Source of the DNA: a virus
Taxonomy: Duplodnaviria > Caudoviricetes
DNA: 64,000 bases
Reading direction: 5' to 3' (one strand)
Virus record (IMG/VR): IMGVR_UViG_3300030376_004823
Coordinates: 3,917-67,916 of that record
This document shows, piece by piece, positions 53,768-61,711 of this stretch. Position 1 is the first letter of the stretch. Each line of letters opens with the position of its first letter. Both the position numbers and the translations under genes were made by a program. The notes below the pieces were generated by a model. That model was given only the letters and a program-made list of their open reading frames with translations. It had not been told where the DNA came from and searched no databases.

Positions 53768-54021
53768 TACCCGTAATAAACTATTGCGGCAGCGGTGGCT
53801 GGAGTTACGGAAGTATATCTTCCATAAATGGTAGTCCCAGCTGGAACTACGGCGTCATCAAGATTAGGCCAGATAGCGGCGTTTTCACTAGTTGCGTCTA
53901 ATGTGCCAGTTGCTGTAAATGTGATCGCCACAATAGTCTTACCAGTGGGCGTGTGAGCAGAACCTGCTGAAACGTAGGCGTTACCCATCTGTCCGAATGC
54001 GACTTGACTAGTATTATTCAT
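53767..54021 (-). CDS. Small putative virion protein
   Basis: FGQMG...GTTIYGRYT...IVYYG pattern; A/T-rich beta composition. Confidence 0.6.
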   Translation of the reverse strand: MNNTSQVAFGQMGNAYVSAGSAHTPTGKTIVAITFTATGTLDATSENAAIWPNLDDAVVPAGTTIYGRYTSVTPATAAAIVYYG

Positions 54022-54033
54022 ATAGTTTTCTTT

Positions 54034-54327
54034 TTAGCAGTTCCACTTTCTAAGAGCAAGAGCCTTTCTTGTGGGCTTTCCGTTTGGTTTTTTCATTGGG
54101 CCTTTGACCCCGCTCATTCTAGCGCAAAAGCTTTTTCTTCTCTTCGCTGCTTTGCTCCCAGCCTTCAGTTTAGACGGCTTGGTAGTAACAGCCATCTTTA
54201 GGTTGCTACCAGTTTCCCTGTTGTACTTATCGACACCAGCTTGGGTAAGACCTCCCTTTGGGTCTTTATGCTTACCCATCTTGAGCTTTACTCTCCCTCC
54301 TTTTTTATATGACTTGCAAGCCTTCAC
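54034..54327 (-). CDS. Small basic protein (DUF6321-like)
   Basis: PKGGLT..G...NLK...RRKSFCARM...LRKWNC; GTG start; family label from memory. Confidence 0.65.
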   Translation of the reverse strand: MKACKSYKKGGRVKLKMGKHKDPKGGLTQAGVDKYNRETGSNLKMAVTTKPSKLKAGSKAAKRRKSFCARMSGVKGPMKKPNGKPTRKALALRKWNC

Positions 54328-54332
54328 GAATG

Positions 54333-54340
54333 CAAATATA
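54333..54340 (-). promoter_or_regulatory. -7 element TATATTTG, 5 nt before GTG 54327
   Basis: Consensus match. Confidence 0.6.
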
Positions 54341-54349
54341 AATAATAAA

Positions 54350-54601
54350 TCAAGGCTTTATTCCGTACTCCCCAGGGTCTAGAGTGTAATCAATTTCCTG
54401 ACCCTTTTCCCCTATATAGGTGTATCCTGTTTTTTCAGTTACCTCCATGCTTTGATACGTAGCCATATATTCCCCGTCTTCAATAACACAGTCTTCTAGG
54501 TCTTGTTGATCAAAACAGAAACAGAAGTTTGGGCATCTGCTGTCCTTCCATTCTTGTTGCAAATCCTCGTTTGAGGTTACTGGTACTTTATAACTCGCCA
54601 T
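54350..54601 (-). CDS. Acidic hypothetical protein
   Basis: 83-aa coupled ORF after the tail genes. Confidence 0.55.
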   Translation of the reverse strand: MASYKVPVTSNEDLQQEWKDSRCPNFCFCFDQQDLEDCVIEDGEYMATYQSMEVTEKTGYTYIGEKGQEIDYTLDPGEYGIKP

Positions 54602-55004
54602 CTTCTAATTTAGGTATCCACCCAGCCGCGTCAGCCTCCTCTTCGGTTAGGCTAACAGAGGTGCTAGGTATTAGTGTTCCAAACTTCACGGTTCCTCCCC
54701 TGTTTGCGTCAATGTATTGCACCAGCTGATCTTTCTCAGACTGAGGCACTTCAGGCAAAAGGGTAAGCATGACCGTGAGGTCTACTTCGCTGTGTATTTT
54801 AATGTCGTCATCCGTATCACCAACAATCGCCACCTGACCAGTTGATGGGTGATCTACATCGCCATAATGATGTTTAGTTACATCGTTGGGAGACTGAACA
54901 GAGCCTGGTCGGGTTAGCCGCCAAAACTCTGCGTTGATGGCGTCAGCCCTTTGCCTACTATTCATCGTGTAGGTTGGTTGTACGGGGAGATATACTGTAG
55001 CCAT
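54588..55004 (-). CDS. Hypothetical protein, possible tail-fibre assembly factor
   Basis: Directly downstream of the receptor-binding gene. Confidence 0.5.
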   Translation of the reverse strand: MATVYLPVQPTYTMNSRQRADAINAEFWRLTRPGSVQSPNDVTKHHYGDVDHPSTGQVAIVGDTDDDIKIHSEVDLTVMLTLLPEVPQSEKDQLVQYIDANRGGTVKFGTLIPSTSVSLTEEEADAAGWIPKLEDGEL

Positions 55005-55022
55005 AACGTATTGAGAATCAGT

Positions 55023-57098
55023 TTAATAGATCGAGTAATAGTTGTTAATGTTCGTTTCTATACCTGTGCGGTTATCGGATTCGTCAGACGGAAAAAATAT
55101 TTGCTCTTGCATATACCCGTCAAATGGGTGGTTGCCGTTGACCATGGTTCTCAAATAGAACCCACCCCATTGGTTTGTTCTAGCGTCCATTATCGATAAA
55201 AGAATGGTATCTCCCGTAGCTACTGCCGTGTACACCTCCCCCATGTTTGACAACGTTACACTTGACCCGTCAACATAGTAAACAGGACTACCATAAAAGC
55301 TTCTCACTATGCTTGTAAAGTTTGTGAGGTTTTGGTAGGCCAAAAGACTGTGCTGGCTATTAGTTGAACCCCCGTATGTAACGAAAGCACTGTCTCCACT
55401 TACTGACTTGTAAACTTCAAAACTTGACCAATCAGCACCAAGGGTTATTCCGCTTACGTCTCCAAAATATCCACCTAAATGCGCTGGCTTTCCGTTAGCA
55501 GTAATTACAGCACTCCCATCATATATCTGTGGTTGATTAGATTGAGTGCTTTGCGTTGCGTTTACTGAGTTGCCAGACTGGTCAAACCAACAGGTCACGT
55601 AACCGTTTGCGCTTCCGCAGTGGTTGGCAATGGCTGAAGTATTGAGGTCTCCGTTAGCGGTAAAGCCAATATTGATCTCACTGTTGTCGCTGTCCCTTCG
55701 GACCGTCATACAGTTACCAGTGTAATTTTTGTCTAACAAGCGCACGGAGAAAGCTGCTGACGCCCCAGAATAATCGTTTAATAGCCTATCAGAACCCCCC
55801 GAAGCTTGTTCTGTAGCAATAAGAACTGTATTCCCCCCATTGGAGCTATTGTTTTTGTACGTAACAAGTATGTCAGAAATTGTAGCGGTTACATCATTAC
55901 CCGTAAGCATTTCATTTACAGTCACCCAGGTGTTGTTTCCAGGAGGCGAACTGGTTCCGCTCCCCATAAACCCATTCTCAAAAGATTCATTCCAGTTAGC
56001 GTACCACTCGTTATTCTTTTTGGCAAATATTAGTTCCCTACCACTGTTTGTGTTGTTTTCAATAAGCCTAATTTCTTGGTAGTCGCTGTCAGTACCTACC
56101 TGACTATAAGTCCTATCTGTTGAACTACCTCTAATTTCGTAGTTACTACTACTGGAAGTAGAAGCATATAAAGTACCATCAGTTTTAATGCAGTACGATA
56201 TTACCCTCCCGTCAATAGGGGTGGCCCAATCTGTATCAGTTCCTACCTGTACAGGATAACTGACATCTGTAGTGTTTCCTTGCCCAAGAGGCCCATAATT
56301 TGCATCCCCTATAGCAAAAAACTTTCCGCTACTAGTAACTACTAGGGTTGCGTTGTACCCAACATCAACCTTAGAGATAGCTTCAGCCCAATCAGTACTG
56401 GCGTCAGACTTTACCCTGGTCCACGGCTTTGTAGTTCCACTAGTGGTGCCCAGGCCCGTTCTTCCGTATGTATTGTACCCGCAAGTGTATAAATATTCAG
56501 ACCCTGAAGATCCTTTTGTGGCAAACATAGTGGTTGGATATCCTGGCCACCCAAAAATATCAACCCAGTCTGTGTCAGACTGAAACTGCTTCCAACCATT
56601 GTTAGATATGGTCGTGCTTTGCCCCGTGTCCCCACTAGCGGCGTATGAGGAAAGCTGTCCGCACCACCATAGCGTTCCATCAGTCTTAATGGCCCAGCAT
56701 CCACCCGCATGTGGCTGAAACTTAGACACTGAAGTCAAACACTCTACTAGCTTATATGGCTCGTTACCGCTACCCGTTGTAGACCTCCCCATATAGCCCT
56801 GGTTTGTATACCCCATGCTATACAGCTTATTGTCGCTGGATAAAGCGTATATATGATATTGACTTGCCTTTAGTCTAACTATGTCTGTTCTAGAAGATAT
56901 CTGAGCCTTATACAAAGAGACTGCTTGTCCAGAAAATATTTCGTCCGCATCGGGCACATTGATGTTAAAACCCCCAGCTTCAAAATACAAAACACCATCT
57001 GCAGACTCAGCTACACCGCCACCTCCTGACGGTACGTCTTGTCCATTTATTGAAGCTATATCAGCCATAAGAATACCATTAATTGAGTTTGTAGACAT
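55023..57098 (-). CDS. Receptor-binding protein: RCC1/BLIP-II-like propeller plus ConA/LamG (arabinofuranosidase-B-like) domain
   Basis: Repeats such as AIKTDGTLW and LYTCGYNTYGRTGLG; then AAFSVRLL...YTG..M.VRR.SDN.E..IGF...WFDQSGN. Confidence 0.75.
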   Translation of the reverse strand: MSTNSINGILMADIASINGQDVPSGGGGVAESADGVLYFEAGGFNINVPDADEIFSGQAVSLYKAQISSRTDIVRLKASQYHIYALSSDNKLYSMGYTNQGYMGRSTTGSGNEPYKLVECLTSVSKFQPHAGGCWAIKTDGTLWWCGQLSSYAASGDTGQSTTISNNGWKQFQSDTDWVDIFGWPGYPTTMFATKGSSGSEYLYTCGYNTYGRTGLGTTSGTTKPWTRVKSDASTDWAEAISKVDVGYNATLVVTSSGKFFAIGDANYGPLGQGNTTDVSYPVQVGTDTDWATPIDGRVISYCIKTDGTLYASTSSSSNYEIRGSSTDRTYSQVGTDSDYQEIRLIENNTNSGRELIFAKKNNEWYANWNESFENGFMGSGTSSPPGNNTWVTVNEMLTGNDVTATISDILVTYKNNSSNGGNTVLIATEQASGGSDRLLNDYSGASAAFSVRLLDKNYTGNCMTVRRDSDNSEINIGFTANGDLNTSAIANHCGSANGYVTCWFDQSGNSVNATQSTQSNQPQIYDGSAVITANGKPAHLGGYFGDVSGITLGADWSSFEVYKSVSGDSAFVTYGGSTNSQHSLLAYQNLTNFTSIVRSFYGSPVYYVDGSSVTLSNMGEVYTAVATGDTILLSIMDARTNQWGGFYLRTMVNGNHPFDGYMQEQIFFPSDESDNRTGIETNINNYYSIY

Positions 57099-59125
57099 TA
57101 CGCAAGAACGATGAAGTCATTTGATGGGTTAAACCAGATCTGTCCATTAGACCCATCTAAACAATAACCTATTACTCTAACCACATTGTTTTGACCATAC
57201 GCAGAAACGTTGCCAGTGACATCCCCAGCAGTAGTTGAAACGTAAAGCTCGTCAGCAAGGGATCCAGGGCTGTGATCTAGAGTGTACATGCCTCTAAGAA
57301 GCATTCCGTCAACATCAGGGTCTGTCCCTAGCGCAATGCCCAATAGGCATCCCCCAGAGGTACTTTCTGCGCTTGCATTAGCAGCAGCCCAAGTTCCATC
57401 AGACTTGTAGTAGCACAGTTCCCCTTGAGTGGTACTGCCAGTGCCTATTTTAACTATCTCTCCGTTAGACGAGTGATCGGTAGTAGATGTTTTAGCGTAA
57501 ACTATGTTTTTGGAGTTTGTGTCAAGATCTCCACCAAGCTGAGGAGTCGTATCCTCTACTACATCAGATATACCAGATCCTCCCCCATCTACAAATTCAA
57601 CTGCATTTCCAGCGGAGTTTACTTTTAAGAACTTACTTGCAGTAAAGCTAGATGGGGTATCTGTAAGCCCTAAGAATGTAGTGCTTCCACTACCTCCTGC
57701 GGAAGCAAAGCTCAAGTTTCCACTCCCGTCCGTTTTTAGAAACTGTCCAGTACTTCCGTCTGCGTCTGGCAGAACGAACGTTACGTCGCTGCCTAAGTTT
57801 GTAGAGGGGCCTTTAAGAACAACCCCATGGGTCCCCCCCATAGAGGGCTCTTGAAACTTTACCTCTCCAGCAGCAACTCCTCCAACGCTGGTTACAAAGT
57901 CCCCTGAAACGTGAAGCCCACCGTGAAACTCAAACCTTGAGTCGTTTGGATCGTACTGAAGCTTTGTTGTACCTGAGTCTTTAAAGTATAAGTAGTTGCC
58001 GTCCATATCGACGGTTCTGGCTCCAGAAAGGGTTTGATTTGTATCGGATAAAGACGTGTCTGTCTGATCGACCCAAGACAACCCTCCGCTACCATCTGTT
58101 TTTAAAACCTGATTACTGGAGCCATCGTCGTCAGGAAGCGTAAGCGTGTATGAAGCTGCAGCCGAGTGAGGGGGTCCTTTTATTGTTATTCCGTGGCTAT
58201 TGTTCTCGCAGTTAAGAATAAACCTACCCGACCCCTGAGTCGCGTTACCTCTAAAAATAACATTTCCACCTCCATCTGGGTCAAAGGTTATATCCCCATG
58301 GGAAACGGAAACTATTTTATTCCCGTTTACATCAAGGTCCCCGCCGAGCTGAGGTGTAGTGTCGCTTACCACGTCACTAATTCCACCACCGCTACCCCCA
58401 CTTTGAGCTACAAACTCCAGGGCGGTCCCCCCAGAGTTTACGGCAAGAACCTGTCCAGACGTGCCAAGAGAGGAAGGAACCTCTGCAAGATCAGTAAGTG
58501 CCAGGGCAGATCCTCCGCCAGTGCCAAAGTATATACCGTCTTCTGCTATAAATCTTCCCTTTACAGTAAAGTGGGGGGACCCAAGACTAGGGTTTCCTCC
58601 TTGAACGGTAAACGCTTCTTGAGTACCGTTAGAAAACGCAACCTTTCCAGTTATGGTTCCGCGATCTGCCCCTGAAAGGGTCTCAGCTTCAACAGTTAAG
58701 GAAGTCTCCCCTTGACCAGAACTCCTGGTTATATCAAGCTTAGCTTTATCGTCGTCTACTCTAAGTCTACCTCCTAGGCCGCTAGTACCAGCCTTATTGT
58801 GAGTGAAGACGGTTTCAGTAGACTTCCGAGACAAGTCGTCACCGATGACGTATGAGTCTACCTCCCTGTTAGACGAAAGGACTGCGTTTAAAGCAAAAGC
58901 TGCTTTTGAGACATTTGACTCAATTACAGTACCAGAAAAGTCTTTTATGTCTGATGGATCTACTCCCTGAAACCTTTTTTCGTCACCAACGTATATATCA
59001 ATTTTACCATTAGACGCCTTAGCATATACGTCTGTAAACTTGTCTACAGTAAGAACAGAATTAATAGAGGTTCCTCTAAGATCTAACTTTTTTTCCTCAC
59101 CGTCTTTGTATACACGTATCTCCAT
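57098..59125 (-). CDS. Tail fibre protein
   Basis: Two DVV.DTTPQLGGDLD and two LP..DG...Q.LKTDGSG.L repeats. Confidence 0.75.
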   Translation of the reverse strand: MEIRVYKDGEEKKLDLRGTSINSVLTVDKFTDVYAKASNGKIDIYVGDEKRFQGVDPSDIKDFSGTVIESNVSKAAFALNAVLSSNREVDSYVIGDDLSRKSTETVFTHNKAGTSGLGGRLRVDDDKAKLDITRSSGQGETSLTVEAETLSGADRGTITGKVAFSNGTQEAFTVQGGNPSLGSPHFTVKGRFIAEDGIYFGTGGGSALALTDLAEVPSSLGTSGQVLAVNSGGTALEFVAQSGGSGGGISDVVSDTTPQLGGDLDVNGNKIVSVSHGDITFDPDGGGNVIFRGNATQGSGRFILNCENNSHGITIKGPPHSAAASYTLTLPDDDGSSNQVLKTDGSGGLSWVDQTDTSLSDTNQTLSGARTVDMDGNYLYFKDSGTTKLQYDPNDSRFEFHGGLHVSGDFVTSVGGVAAGEVKFQEPSMGGTHGVVLKGPSTNLGSDVTFVLPDADGSTGQFLKTDGSGNLSFASAGGSGSTTFLGLTDTPSSFTASKFLKVNSAGNAVEFVDGGGSGISDVVEDTTPQLGGDLDTNSKNIVYAKTSTTDHSSNGEIVKIGTGSTTQGELCYYKSDGTWAAANASAESTSGGCLLGIALGTDPDVDGMLLRGMYTLDHSPGSLADELYVSTTAGDVTGNVSAYGQNNVVRVIGYCLDGSNGQIWFNPSNDFIVLA

Positions 59126-59128
59126 TGC

Positions 59129-59158
59129 AAATCAACCTAACACAAATATAGTTGATTT
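59129..59158 (-). promoter_or_regulatory. TATATTTG (59143-50) bracketed by the 8-bp inverted repeat AAATCAAC/GTTGATTT
   Basis: Intergenic, upstream of the fibre gene. Confidence 0.5.
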
Positions 59159-59903
59159 AAATAGCTTGGGTTGAGAGGTTTCCGCTGTTGCTTACGAGAA
59201 GCTTGTACCTGCTTCCGTTAGGAGATGTAAGTATTACGTCTTCTTCAAACTCAACGTCTTGCGTAAAAGTAGTCGCCCCATACACAGCTATAATTGGGTA
59301 TGTAACTACATTCCCTTGCCTTATGTCAATGGCTTCTGCAGATCCGCCAGATCCATCCGCCTTGTCCAGGTTTATTTGAACCCTTCCATACGGCCTCCCG
59401 TCAACAATATTCTCTGTAGCCTTTACAAAAGTGCCAGCCTGAAATCCGATCAAGGCACTGTTGGAGTCAAGGATTACAGCCCCTCCATTGTCTACATCTC
59501 CGTCGTGTACGAACTCTGTTGTTTCGTTGTGACCTTCAGTTAGATCAGGTTTTACAAAGTCACTGATGTTGAACGCATTGTCAGAAACAACGACGTTGTT
59601 CGATCTGTTTAATACAGCTTGTATCTCTTGAGCAACAAAACCGTCTTGCACAACAACCCATGTAGAGGATCCTAGGGCTTTGGTTTTGTACTTATCTATT
59701 CTGGAGTAGTTGCTTAAATACGACTTGCCTGTTGTTGCGCTTGATATCGTTAGACCGACCCCCACGTCTGACGCCTGAAGGTCTCCTGGGTCGTCCGCCC
59801 TTAACAGCAGAGATTCACTAGCGTCCCCATTGTCGTCTACATACTCTTCAAAAATGTCAAGTTTCCCAGCAACGCAATCTATTTTTAAATAAAAATCACT
59901 CAT
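59157..59903 (-). CDS. Tail-associated protein
   Basis: Acidic beta-rich 248 aa; ends LTSPNGSRYKLLVSNSGNLS. Confidence 0.55.
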   Translation of the reverse strand: MSDFYLKIDCVAGKLDIFEEYVDDNGDASESLLLRADDPGDLQASDVGVGLTISSATTGKSYLSNYSRIDKYKTKALGSSTWVVVQDGFVAQEIQAVLNRSNNVVVSDNAFNISDFVKPDLTEGHNETTEFVHDGDVDNGGAVILDSNSALIGFQAGTFVKATENIVDGRPYGRVQINLDKADGSGGSAEAIDIRQGNVVTYPIIAVYGATTFTQDVEFEEDVILTSPNGSRYKLLVSNSGNLSTQAI

Positions 59904-61312
59904 TATCCAACTGAATTTCCTCCCACAACCCTGATTCTAAAATCCTTTATGGTGAAAGATTGTGAAGCCCCATATTGCGGAAAGATGTAAGCAAGGTAGT
60001 TGTTATCCTCAATTTGCGGGGTAAACCTTATTTCATGAACAACGCTGCTGTTTAGGTTAAGTCCCCACGCCGCATTTATATCACTAATTAAGTTGTGGCT
60101 TGGAAGGCTGTCTGACATGTAAGAAAAAGTACCCGCAGCCTCCTGGGGGGTACTTACAACCTCCCCCATAGTTATTTCAAGATAATTTCCGCCTTGGTTA
60201 CCTACCATTGGAATTACGTTTCCGTTTTCAACAAGAGATATTTTCATTGTAAAAAATATCGGTGGATTAGAGGCAAATCCTGAGCCTGTAGTTACTTCTA
60301 GCACCTCTACGGCGTCGGCTGCCGTGGAGTGGTTAAACGTTATGGAGTTTTGTGTAGGTGTAATACCAGGTCCAGAGGCATCTGGAACGTTAATAGTGGG
60401 TATACTTCCATTGGCGCTTATAAGAAATGGAACCAAGTTGGCTTGAGATCCATCAGCGTTTTGATGCTTAATCGTTATCGTTGGCTCACTATGGTACGGA
60501 CCGTCAACAAAAAGGTTAGAAAATATTATGTCGTCCCCCGCTTGAGTTGGACCTTCGTTAAGATCGTCAATGCTGGTAACAGAAATATTGTTTCCAAAAG
60601 AATCAAGTCCAAAGTCCGATTCAAATTCAGTACTGTAGATGTTGGCGTCGCTTATAGTTCCAACAAGAGGCTGTGATTCACTAGGTACAGGCCAAAACTG
60701 CTGGCCTAAGTTTATGCTATAGTCCCTAGTAAGAGTTTCTGAGTTCGCTCCAAACCCACCCAACATCGTTAGCATGTCGTTAACGGTAACGACTCCGTCG
60801 CCATTGAGGTCTCCAACCAGGCCGCTAGTTGAGTCCGTGTAAAAGGATATATTGTTACCCGTTGTGCTCGAAAGATTTTCCGCTAAAGACTGACCAAAAA
60901 AATGGACTATTATAGATCTCAGAGTCCCTCCCCCAAGCCTTCTAAACTTTTTGTCTTCAAAGTCCCACAGCCCAAAACTATACCTGTCTTCGTCCACATT
61001 CGTGTCTGATATAAACTGACTCGCATAGTTTGTTGAGTTTGCTTCAGTGCCGTTTTCTAACTCTATCGGATCGTAATCTTCAAATCTTTGAGCTATCCTA
61101 GCCCAATTTGTAGGGTCATCCCAATTATCTCCGCTATAAACTTCCAGGCTTCCATCTATAATTGAAACATACCCTGAGGACTGAAAATCAGCCCCCAGGG
61201 TATCTCTAGCTCCCGTATTTTCAAACCTACCTATTCCCTTGACCTTGTTTCCTGAAAGGTCAAGTATCGGCCCACCACACGATTCTAGTACGTCGCCGAT
61301 AAATACTGGCAT
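59903..61312 (-). CDS. Tail/fibre protein with a dockerin-like EF-hand motif
   Basis: GDLNGDGVVTVNDMLTMLGGFG. Confidence 0.6.
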   Translation of the reverse strand: MPVFIGDVLESCGGPILDLSGNKVKGIGRFENTGARDTLGADFQSSGYVSIIDGSLEVYSGDNWDDPTNWARIAQRFEDYDPIELENGTEANSTNYASQFISDTNVDEDRYSFGLWDFEDKKFRRLGGGTLRSIIVHFFGQSLAENLSSTTGNNISFYTDSTSGLVGDLNGDGVVTVNDMLTMLGGFGANSETLTRDYSINLGQQFWPVPSESQPLVGTISDANIYSTEFESDFGLDSFGNNISVTSIDDLNEGPTQAGDDIIFSNLFVDGPYHSEPTITIKHQNADGSQANLVPFLISANGSIPTINVPDASGPGITPTQNSITFNHSTAADAVEVLEVTTGSGFASNPPIFFTMKISLVENGNVIPMVGNQGGNYLEITMGEVVSTPQEAAGTFSYMSDSLPSHNLISDINAAWGLNLNSSVVHEIRFTPQIEDNNYLAYIFPQYGASQSFTIKDFRIRVVGGNSVG

Positions 61313-61677
61313 TACTCTACGTTGATATAGTCAATGCATCCCTTGATATCACTTGCAGTCAAGTCGCTGCAGTCTTCTTCTTTCAGGTTGATCGTTTCAA
61401 TATCTACCTTATACTTCTTGTCCAGCAAAGCCCTAACGTCCTCTCTAAACTTCTCGGCTGCCTCGTCTGGCACGACCTGCTTCCCGTCCTCATCGTAAGA
61501 AGCTGTCTTTAGGTCTTCGATGTATTCATTTCGCTTAGCCTCAAACGGAGCTACTATAGACTCTAACGATTTGATGTTCTTCGCGATCATATACGTCTGC
61601 TTAAACGGGAGCTTTGCACTAGCAACCTTATTGAAGCCTTGCAGGGCCTCAATACACTTTTCCATGGTAATCGTCAT
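61312..61677 (-). CDS. Helical hypothetical protein in the tail cluster
   Basis: KLPFKQTYMIAKNIK...; preceded by a TATCTTAG -7 variant (61697-61704). Confidence 0.6.
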   Translation of the reverse strand: MTITMEKCIEALQGFNKVASAKLPFKQTYMIAKNIKSLESIVAPFEAKRNEYIEDLKTASYDEDGKQVVPDEAAEKFREDVRALLDKKYKVDIETINLKEEDCSDLTASDIKGCIDYINVE

Positions 61678-61711
61678 CTTAATTGAATTAGTTCAGCTAA
61701 GATACGAAACC

